Shown here: in pieces, positions 1 to 12,000 of the stretch
How positions within the stretch are numbered: the first letter of the stretch is position 1
Layout of the letters: every line of letters starts with the position of its first letter
DNA from: Hormiphora californensis
Taxonomy: Eukaryota; Animalia; Ctenophora
Reading direction: 5' to 3'
Assembly (NCBI GenBank): GCA_020137815.1
Contig: CM035357.1
Coordinates: forward strand, 7,688,001 to 7,752,000
Length of the DNA: 64,000 nucleotides
The notes under the pieces: generated by a model
Databases searched by the model: none
Told to the model about the DNA's origin: nothing
The model's input: the letters and a program-made list of their open reading frames with translations, nothing else
Program-made: the position numbers and the translations under genes

Positions 1-3000
1 CACTAACTTGACACACCCTCGTATCCCCGGACTTGTGTTCCTCACACTGCAACACAGGTGTGTTAGAGATTTAATTTTAAGGTGTAGGGTTCATTTCACT
101 ATTCCAAAGTACGCTGTTCTCTCACAAATCTAACACAAAACCCTGTGTGATGATACCTCTCGTTGTTGTACACTGGTCACTAACCTTATCAAGGGGTTCA
201 CCACACAACTTCATCCTGTATCTAAAGTGGAAACTGTTTCCCTTCTGGTCAGGGCAAGTACTGGTTGAGTCGAATATCAGTTCAGTGTCTAGTGGACTCA
301 TATCGTAGGTATGGTTGGAGATGGAGAGAGTGGAAGCAGGGGATGTGACATGTTGTAGAACCTGGGAAGAGGAAATCAGGATTCAAAGACTCTTCGAAAC
401 CCCATAGTTCATCATTCAACAACTCCTGGCCAATGGAGATACACCTCACAGAAAGGAGATACCGGCTACCCAAAGGACAAGGCTATTTCCACTTTACTTT
501 AGAGGGCATATCCATGGCATCCGCTCTTATCAAATCAAAATGGCAGTCATAATGTTGGTACCTGGAAGGGAGGTTGTGTGGGCAGGGCATGTCTCACATG
601 TGGAATGGAACATGTCCTCATCTACAGATGTTCCACTAACTACCACATTCTTTGTATCAACTGGACATGCAACACACGTCCCGTTCTCAACCACCATACC
701 TGCACGAGAGGGAGGGGGTGTTACTGTAGGTGTCACTTGGACACCACTAGCAAGTTGGTTCTTAGAGGGTCTGGCGAGGCTAATAATATAATCTGATCTG
801 GTCGTGACTGAGAATCAATATTATTACACCGTCTTACCAGGTGCACAAGCGGTACAATCATCCTCTTTACAGGCCTGACACCAGTAACTCCCTCCCTCCG
901 CCGTGTTAGTATAGTTAACATTGCTCAGCTGCAGGTAGGTTCCAGGACCCCCCTCTAGGAGGAGAGAGTAGGTTGCCGAGGGTAGGACGTGCTCGTATCT
1001 GTAGATGGTGTCAGTAGAGGACCTGGTGAACTGTTTCACAACCTCACGAAGAGTGGCCCCTGATGACTCTTGTTGGTGCTCCTGGGAGGGAAGAAGATGT
1101 CATTATAACTTGTCATTACTTGTCATAGTTCGAAGCCCCTGCTGTTCTTTTGGTATCGAAGACACCTCACACTCTGTCGCCGGGCGACCTTCGCGCGCGC
1201 TGGCAAGGGGTAACTTCGTAACCAAGCTGTTCTTGTGAGTTGTACCTACTATTCAAACTGCTGCGGGTCCGGGGTTTGGAAAAGACAACTTGTGAGAGGG
1301 GGTACGTACCAGAATGACGAATAGAGAGCAATGTCCAACACAATTCAAATTGAACTTTAGAGTGAAGAACCCGTATACGCTCTGAGTTAACTTCCTCTCA
1401 GCGAATGTTACTTCTAAACAAGAAAAGTGTGATCAGTTCAACGACAATAATTATCGGAGCTAACCTGCAGCTATACCTATTCAAGGATTTCACATTATGT
1501 CAAGCATCGTGATGACCCTTTCTCCGGCACTTCACTGTGAGCAGAGCGATGAGAGTGGTCGGGCATGGCGGTAACTTTTATATTAATCTGAGCAATTAAT
1601 ACTTACTGCCGAACAAGATACTGATTGGCATGCCATTATGGGGTCGTCCCAGAAGGAAGGAACCAGCAGGCTGCCAACAGTGAGGGTCGGATACAGTCCA
1701 ATCCTTGGGGATGTTATCCCACCATACCTGGTACAAACCTGTAGGGGGTGGCAGGGGGTGATACCGGGGGTGATACAGGGGGTGGCAGGAGCTGGGGTGA
1801 TACTGGGAGAAAGTCGAAGTGGGACCTGTAGTAGTGGGAGGTGGGGGACCTGCAAGGGGTGGCAGGGGGTGATACTGGAAGAAAGGAAGTGGGACCTGTT
1901 GTGGGAGGTGGGGGACCTGCAAGGGGTGGCAGGGGGTGATACTGGGAGAACGGAAGTGGGACCTGTTGTAGGAGGTGGGGGACCTGCAAGGGGTGGCAGG
2001 GGGTGATACTGGAAGAAAGGAAGTGGGACCTGTAGTAGTGGGAGGTGGGGGACCTGCTGCAAGGGGTAAATCACTGCAGACACTGGTATGAGACAAGTGC
2101 ATCATGTGAGGACTGTTCAATAACATGTTACATTAGTTTAAACTAATTAGAAGATGATGCATCATGATGTATAATTACGGTAGTTTAATTAATCACACGT
2201 CGGGTTTCATGGTTTTCGAAATTCATTTGAAAAACACAAAAAACACAACAAAAAACAAACAAAAAACACACACGCGACGTACATATTACAAATCATCATT
2301 GACCATGTAAATGTAAAGGTTTAATTCTGCGTTCCTTATAGTAGAGTCTCCCTATCTCTATTACTTGGTTACGAAGTCACCCCTATAGAGGCTACAACAA
2401 AACGATGTGCTGTCGCACCGTACCATTGTTGCCATGGTGACGAAAGGGGTTTTACAGGATAATGAGATGATGATAATCACCGCGGTGCGACAGCACATCA
2501 TAGTATGAAACCCGATAGTTGATTTATCAGTCGTTTGAACATTTTACGCGCACACGTTAACTGCGAGATGGGGGATTTAACACCCTGCTCGCTCTTTATC
2601 AGACCAGTGCCCATTTTCACGCGTTTCTCTTCATTTCCATAACATGCGTGTAAATTTCCAAGTAATGAAAATGTGTGTAAACACACAGTTCTGTCAATAA
2701 CAGAGAGGGGAACACATCTGCAACACTTTTCAATGTTATCTCTCTCATCAAGAGGCAAAATAGTCGCATTCCATTCGTTTCTCTCTCTCATTCTCTCTTT
2801 TACTGTTCAATATCTCTCACTGTGTGTTTTGCCCCTAATCTTTCTCTCTCTTTCTCAAACATGTTAGGAACAGTAGACACTAAGTCTACACACATTTTGA
2901 GAGTGTCTGTTGACTATTTGCCAGTAGTCCTTGTGTGTTACCCCTTGTGTTGTGTCTCTTATTTGTGTGTAATTACTATCGGGTTTCATAAACTATGAAC

Positions 3001-6000
3001 GTTTGTTAGCCTATCGCGTTATAGGTTTAAATCACCTCCCCCTCACCCTCGGCTGGCGCCTCGGGATCGGCGTCGGGATTTAAACCAGTTTAATCGCCCT
3101 GCTGGGCGATTAAACTCCAGTTGGCTGTCCCCAGCTCGCGCTGGGAACAGCCAACTTGATAACGCGCCAGTCTACAAACGTTCATAGTTCATTTAAAAAC
3201 ATTCCCATACGGTTTTAACCAATGACAGGATCTTTAAACGAAGCCATAGCAATACTATTGTGTAACAGTACGCCCCTTAATTAGATGTGCTGTCGCACCG
3301 CGGTGATTATCATCATCTCATTATCCTGTAAAACCCCTTTCGTCACCATGGCAACAATGGTACGGTGCGACAGCACATCGTTTTGTTGTAGCCTCTATTA
3401 CGCTCGGTACGGCCTCTACTACTTTCGGGCAGGTCATCCTCCATTTCCTCAGCATACCACAGAGCAGACTGTAGACATACCGGCCAAATCTTTTGTTGGT
3501 GAGGGTGTAGAGAAAGGGGTTACCAAAGGCATTTAGGAGGAGCAAATGGAAAGCCGCTAGGACGAAATGGTGGGGGACCTTGTCTATCTTGAGCATGACA
3601 AATGTGTAGACAAGGTAGGGACCCCAGCTTGCCATAAACAGACCAGACAGAGCAAGAATAACCAAAATGGCTTTGAAGTTGATTCCGCGACTTGGACCGT
3701 TATTTCTGGAGCTTGTAAGCCGAAGAGCGACCCCTAAAAGCACGAAATTGGTAGCAATAATACCAAAAAGGGGTAGGAACACGATGACTACAATCAATAT
3801 CATAAAAAACCGAGCGTCATCGTGTTGGTAAAAATCATTCAGAATACACCTCGCAATGTATGGTACAAAGGTAATCTCCAGCTGGTACACCTCCACTACT
3901 GCAATGGGAGTTAACGCAAGGAGCCAGATGAACCCAATTAGAATCCGGGCTGTTCGCAGTGAGATGTGATGGAAGGGCGAGATGACTACTTTTAGTCGGT
4001 ATGCCGATATAGCGAACACGGTGAGTGTGTTCACAGACCCGAGTATTAGACCAATCTCACCCTGTATAATACAGTAGACCGGACCCATGACCCAACGGCG
4101 TGAGGCAAAGGTGACAAACTGGGGCAAAGAAACACAAACAGTATAGAGAATGTCCGCGAGAGCTAGGTTTCTCAGGAACTCCACAGAAACTTCATCCATT
4201 TGGATGGCATCGTAGCGTATAGAGGAATATAGGACAAGTCCGTTACCAGTGAGGCCAAAGAATGCAGCGATGAAACTGTAGATCGCAAGAGGGATGGATT
4301 GTGCTGGACTCCCATAGATTTCAGTTGTGCCATTCATATTCCTATTAAAATTCGATTTCAAAATTTGAATTTATTCTCGGAAAACCCCAAATAAAAAGAA
4401 TTCCGTTCATATGAATATACACCTAACCGAACGAAGAAAAACAAACAAATTCTTATTCAGCGGAAGCTTGGTCTAACCATTCGGCAGTGAATGTTGTGTT
4501 GACTCAGTCATCATATTCAGATCTGTTTTCCTGATATATGTGCTGTTGCTACTATCGACGTTCTATTGCACCAGGTTCATTCCAATTTCTGATGTCATAG
4601 TGATAGCAAGAATAAACTTTTGGCCAATCCAATCTCTCTTGACTTCTACACCTTATTTATTTGCCAGTTAGCATTGGATCAGCAGCGCTACTCATCAGTT
4701 TGTATCATTCTTTTGAGTGATAGTGTGTTTGTATCCCCCAATTCCTTATACATATAAATGTTATCATAGCGCTGGCAAGCGCCCGGGGCCCAATCCTCCC
4801 TTCCCCTCATCCATCCTTCCCCTAAAAATGTCCATTTTCCAAGCATTCTTGCTTCCAGTGAATCGAAATTGCGAAAAAAAAATTTTTGAATTTTTTGAAA
4901 ATTTTTGAAAATTTTGACAGCGCTACTATACTTATTGTCTGAAATCGGCAATTTCAACTTTGTTTTAGACAACCTTCCCGTTGTCCTACGAACTTGCCGC
5001 TTGGTAGTTCGTGTTGCCTTGACACCTAGAGCACACGTTCAAAATTTCATGCAAATCGGAGTTACGGTTTTTACGTTACAGAGGGTCGTATTTTAGACAA
5101 AATGTCCGTTTTTCGCGTCACGAACCACCGTAAAATAACCACTTTTTTGCGTACACAATAGAGGCCACAGTTTTAAAGCTATCACCATGAAACTTTGGGA
5201 GTCGGTAGGTCTAGTGGTTTACCTTGTATTAAAGCTTGGACAGAGAAAACGGACAGTCATAACAAAAGTTATGACTGTCTTAAGTTTTCTTTGGCGTTTA
5301 AGACGGCCTTCCCGTAGTTCTACGAATACGCCGCTTGGTACGTGGTGTTGCCTTGCCATCTTGAACACACGTTCAAAATTTCAAGCAAATCCGAGTTACG
5401 GTTTTTCAGTTACGGTCATCTGACTGTATTAAGATTTAAGACGATTTTCAAAAAAACCTAGAAAAGAGCAAATTAAACTATACATGATGATTTTATCATA
5501 TATATTTTGCAAACGTAGGTCAACTGCTGTATTTTCAGATATAATTGGTAGTCTTATCTAGATTTATGACTGTCTTAAATTTAAGACGATTTTAAAAACA
5601 CCTACAAAGAAGCGATTCAGGGTCTAAATTAACATTGAATCAGATTTATTTTATATAATTAGGTTTACTGCCGCATTTTCAGTTATAATTGGTAGTCATA
5701 TCTAGAGTTATGACTGTCTTAAATATAAGACGATTTCAAAAACCACCGATAAAAGATTGAATTAGCATCTAGAACCTGATTGTATCAGATATTATATATC
5801 TGATTATCAATGCTTATCTGTGATCATTATTCGTGACTCATAATTATAATCAGAGAACCAATCGCGGAGAACAACATGCATATTGCATGTCATAGTATAA
5901 CAAAATTCCTGATACTAGATCCAAAAACCAAACAAGTTTGGTGGATAGCCGGGGCCGCATAAATTAAAAAACGTGCGAAAGTTTTGATACATGAACTTTC

Positions 6001-9000
6001 GGGGCCTGGGGTGCTGTTAATTCGCGTTTCCATGATAGTCAGCCGTTCTTTCAAAACACACTATTGTCTATTATTCTGTAAAACAGACTCTGAAACGACC
6101 CACTGTGCAAACTGCACACTGCACTATATATGACATGTGTGGATCTGTATGAATGATACTTTGGAATAAAAATTAATGATAATTTGATCAGTGGGATAGT
6201 TTTCCTGGCGTATAGTTGCTGGTTATAATCATGGAAACGCGAATTTAACAGCACCCCAGGCCCCGAAAGTTCATGTATCAAAACTTTCGCACGTTTTTTA
6301 ATTTATGCGGCCCCGGCTATCCACCAAACTTGTTTGGTTTTTGGATCTAGTAAAACATAAATGATTATTAAATATGTGTTAAATAAAACTCTCGCTCAAG
6401 TCATCCCCCCCCCCCCCCGTCATCGCATAGCGTAGTCACGATAATCTCCTTGTGCTGTCATCCCTCTCTATCATCCCTCTCTATCATCCCTCTCTATCCT
6501 CCCTCTCTATCCTCCCTCTCTATCCTCCCTCTGTCTCTCTATCCTCCCTCTCTATCCTCCCTCTCTATCATCCCTCTGTCTCTCTACCCCATCTTGATGA
6601 TGCATGTGTTGATGGTTTTGTTCTTTACCCTCAAGCATTCAATCCACAACAAACGTCTCTAGTGTGTTTAGTTTAAACATATTATGTTTTACCTCCTGAT
6701 ATGTGGTCCTATTGGCAATTTAGCGATCGGTGCATTGTTAGGTAAGTGTTGTTGAATAATTAAGAAGTTTGTCTAAAAGAGTACCATGTTGCTAATTAAA
6801 GGATGAATAATTAATTCTAAAAGAGTACTATGACAACCAATCACCATTTTGATTCCTAGGTCCAAAGCTGTCCTTGAGTACTGGTCAGATATCTCCTATA
6901 AAGGTGTCAACTGTCTCTAAGATATACGATCCAGTAGGCTGGCCTATTGCATTGTTCATAGATCAGGATGTATCGACAACTAGTTCTGTCCATGCCGGGT
7001 CCGATGGTTCGACCGTGGTACATATGGACCTAGACGGTCTGTATCATATCCACAGAGTCACTATTTACTACATCTTTTACACTGATTGGTGGCCAGATTC
7101 TAAAATGACATGGTGCCAGGATGTCCAATTGGAATGCTTGTAAAGAAGGTCATAACAATCAGATGGTATCTGTTTTTGCAAATGGAACCAGTCAGAAGTT
7201 GTGTGGAACCCTCCAGATCTCCTCAGGTCTCACCCAGAGAGACCAAATTTACATATTTTTGTGTCACAGTAAAGGGGATGCAGTGAGGTTACACAAAGCC
7301 TCGGGCCATAGCATAACTATCGCTGATATTATAGTGGATACAAACAACGGCTAGTACACAACTATACAAAGACAGACACAAAGACACAAATACCATCAGA
7401 AGATGAAACCTTTTGACTTACTTGACTTAGGGCGGATTCCACGAGTGGTATTTCCGAACTCCATGAATAACACTTCTCCACCCGACACGATCAGTCATAA
7501 CAGTAGCCAATTCGGAGGTTTCCCTGAGTCCCGTGTCCCGCCTGAGTACATCCACAAAGGTCTGCTTTGGTCGCCCTCGCCTGGAATTTCCGTGGAGAGG
7601 CTCCCAGAGTATGACCTTGTTGAGCGTAAGTTCAGGGTGACGCACAGCGTGACCGGCTAGTCGGAGTCTCCTTTCCGCTATTTTGGTGCTAAGGATAGGT
7701 AGATTTCCGATACCATACAACGTGGCATTGCTCATTTTAAGGAGGTACTGGTTTTTATTTAGTGCCATCCGTAGCATCCTCGTGTAGGTACCGTCAAGAC
7801 TCCTTTCCATGTCCTTGGTGAGCGTCCAGCTTTCGCACCCATACAACAGAACTGTTTCAACCGTTGCTACAAAAAGTCTGGCCTTGATCTTATCGTTTAG
7901 TTTCGAATTCCAAACAGTCCTAAGCCCGTGACACGCGTTCCATGCTTTCGCCTTCCTAACCTTAATGTCCCTCTTAGAGTCCCTTACCCACGATCCGAGA
8001 TATTTGAAGTCCTCACTCAACTTTATCCTAGTGCCATCGATACTGTGGAGAGGACCGGGGTCTGGTATACCCTCAACCATGAACTCTGTTTTCGCCCGGT
8101 TTATCTCGAGACCCACCTCCTTACAGACACTCTCTACCTCCCGCATGATAACGCCAAGATCCTCCACTGAGTCTGTTAGGAGAGCTACATCATCAGCAAA
8201 GTCTGTGTCAGTAACCCTCTCCGCTCGTACTCTTCTACTCCGGGCTGGTTTCAGTGTGAATCCGATATCAGGGTGCCTCTCCAGTGCTGTTCGCATACAG
8301 TAATCGAGCACAATAATAAACAGGTAGGGCGCTAGAGTATCCCCTTGCAACACCCCGGCGACTATTTCAAATATATCCGTGAGGCCGTCTGGGGTGAGGA
8401 CCTGAGCTCTTGTATTACTGTACATCCACTGGATGAGGTCGACGATCTTCCCTGGGATGCCATAAGCCCTGAGAACTTTGATCATGCGCTTCCGGTTAAT
8501 GGAGTCGAAGGCCTTAACGAAATCCAAAAAGGCTACTGCCAGTGGTAGTTGTTTGGCAGTAGCTCCTTCGATGAGTCTCCTAAGCGTGAGGATGTGGCTG
8601 ACTGTGGACCGTTCCTCTCTAAAACCGTTCTGGAAATCGAGTAACACAGTTTCGATGTAAGGCCGTATCCGTTGAAGTAGCATACGGTTCAGGGTTTTCG
8701 CAACTATAGAGGTAAGTGAGATGCCTCTATAGTTTCCGGGTTGAGAGAGGTCGCCCTTTTTCGGCACAGGGACAATATTACTCAGAGTCCACTGTTCCGG
8801 AATTCCCTTTCCGCACAAGGCATCGTTGCAAAAGGTCAGCACGAGGTCATCAATGTCGCATCGCTTCAAAATCTCGGGTGCGATGGCATCATTTCCGTAG
8901 GCCTTATCCTCCTTTATCCGATCCTTCGCCTTCTTAAATTCCTCTTCAGTAAAGGGACCATCGTAGATATCTGCTCGGGGAAACACTTCCGGGATGTCTT

Positions 9001-12000
9001 GATCTACTTCATCCGGAGGTTCTGTCCCGAGGAGCAACTGGAAGTGGCTGCACGGCGTGCCTGGTGAAATTTTAACACGACCTAGCATGCAACGGGAAAC
9101 CACCACTTGTACATGGTAGCTGAGGGTCTACAGAATGGCGCTACGGTGCGGGAAAAAACATTCCATTCCCTAAAATCGTTTTTTTTACTTTTATTTGATT
9201 TGGGTCAAAATTGGCTATATTAAACGTGGTCCCGAAAAATCCATAATGACTTAGCACACGAAATATGTCACCCCCACTTATTTTTGCACGTAGAATCGAT
9301 TGCCGTTGAAGTCGAATCTCTAAAATGACTGTAAAATGGTCAAAAGTTTATTTTTTACCATTTTTGGGAGGTTTTTGGCCCCTAAACCATTGAAAACGTT
9401 GAGATAGGAATTTGAAACTAGTGCCAATCGTTAAAATGGTCATTTTTCTACCAAGAACCAAGTTTTCGTGTATATCCGATTTATGGTTAGATTTGGGTAA
9501 ATTGTTGAAATCTGCCAACTAGGAGAACCGTAACTTGATTTTCTTGTTTTTTGGATTTTGGCATTTTTGACAAACTTCTGATTGAAATGGTCAATCGGGA
9601 CCATGCTTAAGTTGTTTATGGGACAATTTTCGACTAAAATCCAAGATTTCATACCAATCCAATAACAGATCGTTGATTTATAGAAAATTTAAGTAGGCAA
9701 AACGGTGAAAATAAGCAAGAAAAGTTGTCATTTTGACCGTTTTGCCTACTTAAATTTTCTATAAATCAACGATCTGTTATTGGATTGGTATGAAATCTTG
9801 GATTTTAGTCGAAAATTGTCCCATAAACAACTTAAGCATGGTCCCGATTGACCATTTCAATCAGAAGTTTGTCAAAAATGCCAAAATCCAAAAAACAAGA
9901 AAATCAAGTTACGGTTCTCCTAGTTGGCAGATTTCAACAATTTACCCAAATCTAACCATAAATCGGATATACACGAAAACTTGGTTCTTGGTAGAAAAAT
10001 GACCATTTTAACGATTGGCACTAGTTTCAAATTCCTATCTCAACGTTTTCAATGGTTTAGGGGCCAAAAACCTCCCAAAAATGGTAAAAAATAAACTTTT
10101 GACCATTTTACAGTCATTTTAGAGATTCGACTTCAACGGCAATCGATTCTACGTGCAAAAATAAGTGGGGGTGACATATTTCGTGTGCTAAGTCATTATG
10201 GATTTTTCGGGACCACGTTTAATATAGCCAATTTTGACCCAAATCAAATAAAAGTAAAAAAAACGATTTTAGGGAATGGAATGTTTTTTCCCGCACCGTA
10301 GCGCCATTCTGTAGACCCTCAGCTACCATGTACAAGTGGTGGTTTCCCGTTGCATGCTAGGTCGTGTTAAAATTTCACCAGGCACGCCGTGGCTGAACCA
10401 TTTGGCTTTCCGATCGTCTGGGGACGTTCCTTCAATTTGGATGGGGTGTTTGTCCTTCCTCCCAGAGATTTCGTTTACTAGCCTCCATGATTCCTTCGTC
10501 TTCGCGTTCCGAGTGGCTCTCTCTACACTCTTGATTTTCCTATCGAGATGCTCTTCCTCGACGGCTAGGTACGCTTCAGTGAGTGCCTCTTTGCCTTCTT
10601 TCACAGTTGAACGTGTTTCTTCTGAAGGTGAGGTGTGGTACCTAGCAGTGGCAGATTCAAGATCCTCTCTTGCCCTCTTCACCCGGAAGTCCTCAGCTAC
10701 AGTATCCTTAAGCCTCTTCCTCTTCTTTCCCAGTAGTTTCTTGCTAGTTTCTTCAACCGAAGATGAAACCACCTCATGTCATACCCCGAACTTCCGAAAT
10801 TACCAAACCAAGATATATCTATCTCTAACTTAGAGAGACAGTCAGGATGGGGGGATGGGGGCATGTAGAGTTGGAAGCATTGGATGGTGCTAAACCGGAG
10901 ACTAGAGACAACTCTACTACTATAGACCCCGCTGGCTCAAATAGACGCCCGCCCCGCGCGAACAATTTGCACTGGTCTATTGCGCCGTGCACTGCCGTGA
11001 GTTTGTGTCTCGATAGACGCACGCCCTCGAACAGATTTGTATAAAGATCACAAAGAATCACTGGAAACACGATAAAAATGAATTGAAAACACAAGAGGGA
11101 GTGTGTGTACTGCAACCTAAAACTTTCTCTGCCAAGAACTGACGCCAGCCAGTCTGTCGCTCATGACTACAATTCATTGGTACCTCTCTCTGCATTCCAC
11201 CCTTTTAAACTGTTACAACGATTGTTATGAGTGTGTAGGAATGTAGAGAGACACTCTGTAGCTTCATTTCCAATTGTTTGACCCTTTTTATGCGAGATCT
11301 CTCTGTCTTGTCTGTGTGAACCACCTAAATTGTGCTTGTTTTGCTTCTAGGTGCCCGCCAGCGGGGTCTATAGAACATAACTCTCTCCCTTGCGTGCAGA
11401 TATACCTGTAAACCCCTCGCTAACGCTCGGGATTTACAGGGCTGTAATGCACGGTCCCTTCGGGACCCGTGCATTACAGCTCAATAGACGCACTGCTCCG
11501 CAGTGCGTCTATTAGGGTTATCTATTTGCGCAACGAAAGTCATACTGGAATGTTCGGGCGTCCAGCATGATGACCAGGGGACTTAAGGGGTTCAGAGAAT
11601 CACTTGCGCGTAGGCAGCAACCCTATGGGCGAGGCGTACGGGCCGATAGTTAATAAAAGTTTTTAAAAGTTAATAAAAGTTATAAAAAGTTAAAAATGCG
11701 CGGCACCCTGAAAAGCCGAAAAAAATTAACTTTTTCAGGGTTCCGCGCATTTTTAACTTTTTATAACTTTTATTAACTTTTAAAAACTTTAAAAAACTTT
11801 TATTAACTATCGGCCCGTACGGCTCGCCCACAGGGTTGCTGCCTGCGCGCATATGATTCTCTGAATCCATTTAGACCCCCGGTCCTCATGCCCGAAGTCT
11901 CGAAAAGCCAATTCCAAAGATCGATAACCCTAGCGTCTATTGATTATACGCCCGCGCGGGAGGGAGTTATGTACTACCTTATTACCGCTATATAACGGAA

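Noticed and set aside
1583-2126. Pro-rich ORFs
   Set aside because: Translations of a G-rich tandem repeat inside a mobile element.
2369-2385. In-frame GVTS* ending for the GPCR if 2386-3397 is removed
   Set aside because: That sequence is itself the IR partner of 1206-1226, so it is probably not the native end.
9440-10002. Identical 70-aa ORFs on both strands
   Set aside because: Mirror images from the palindromic transposon; no coding signature.
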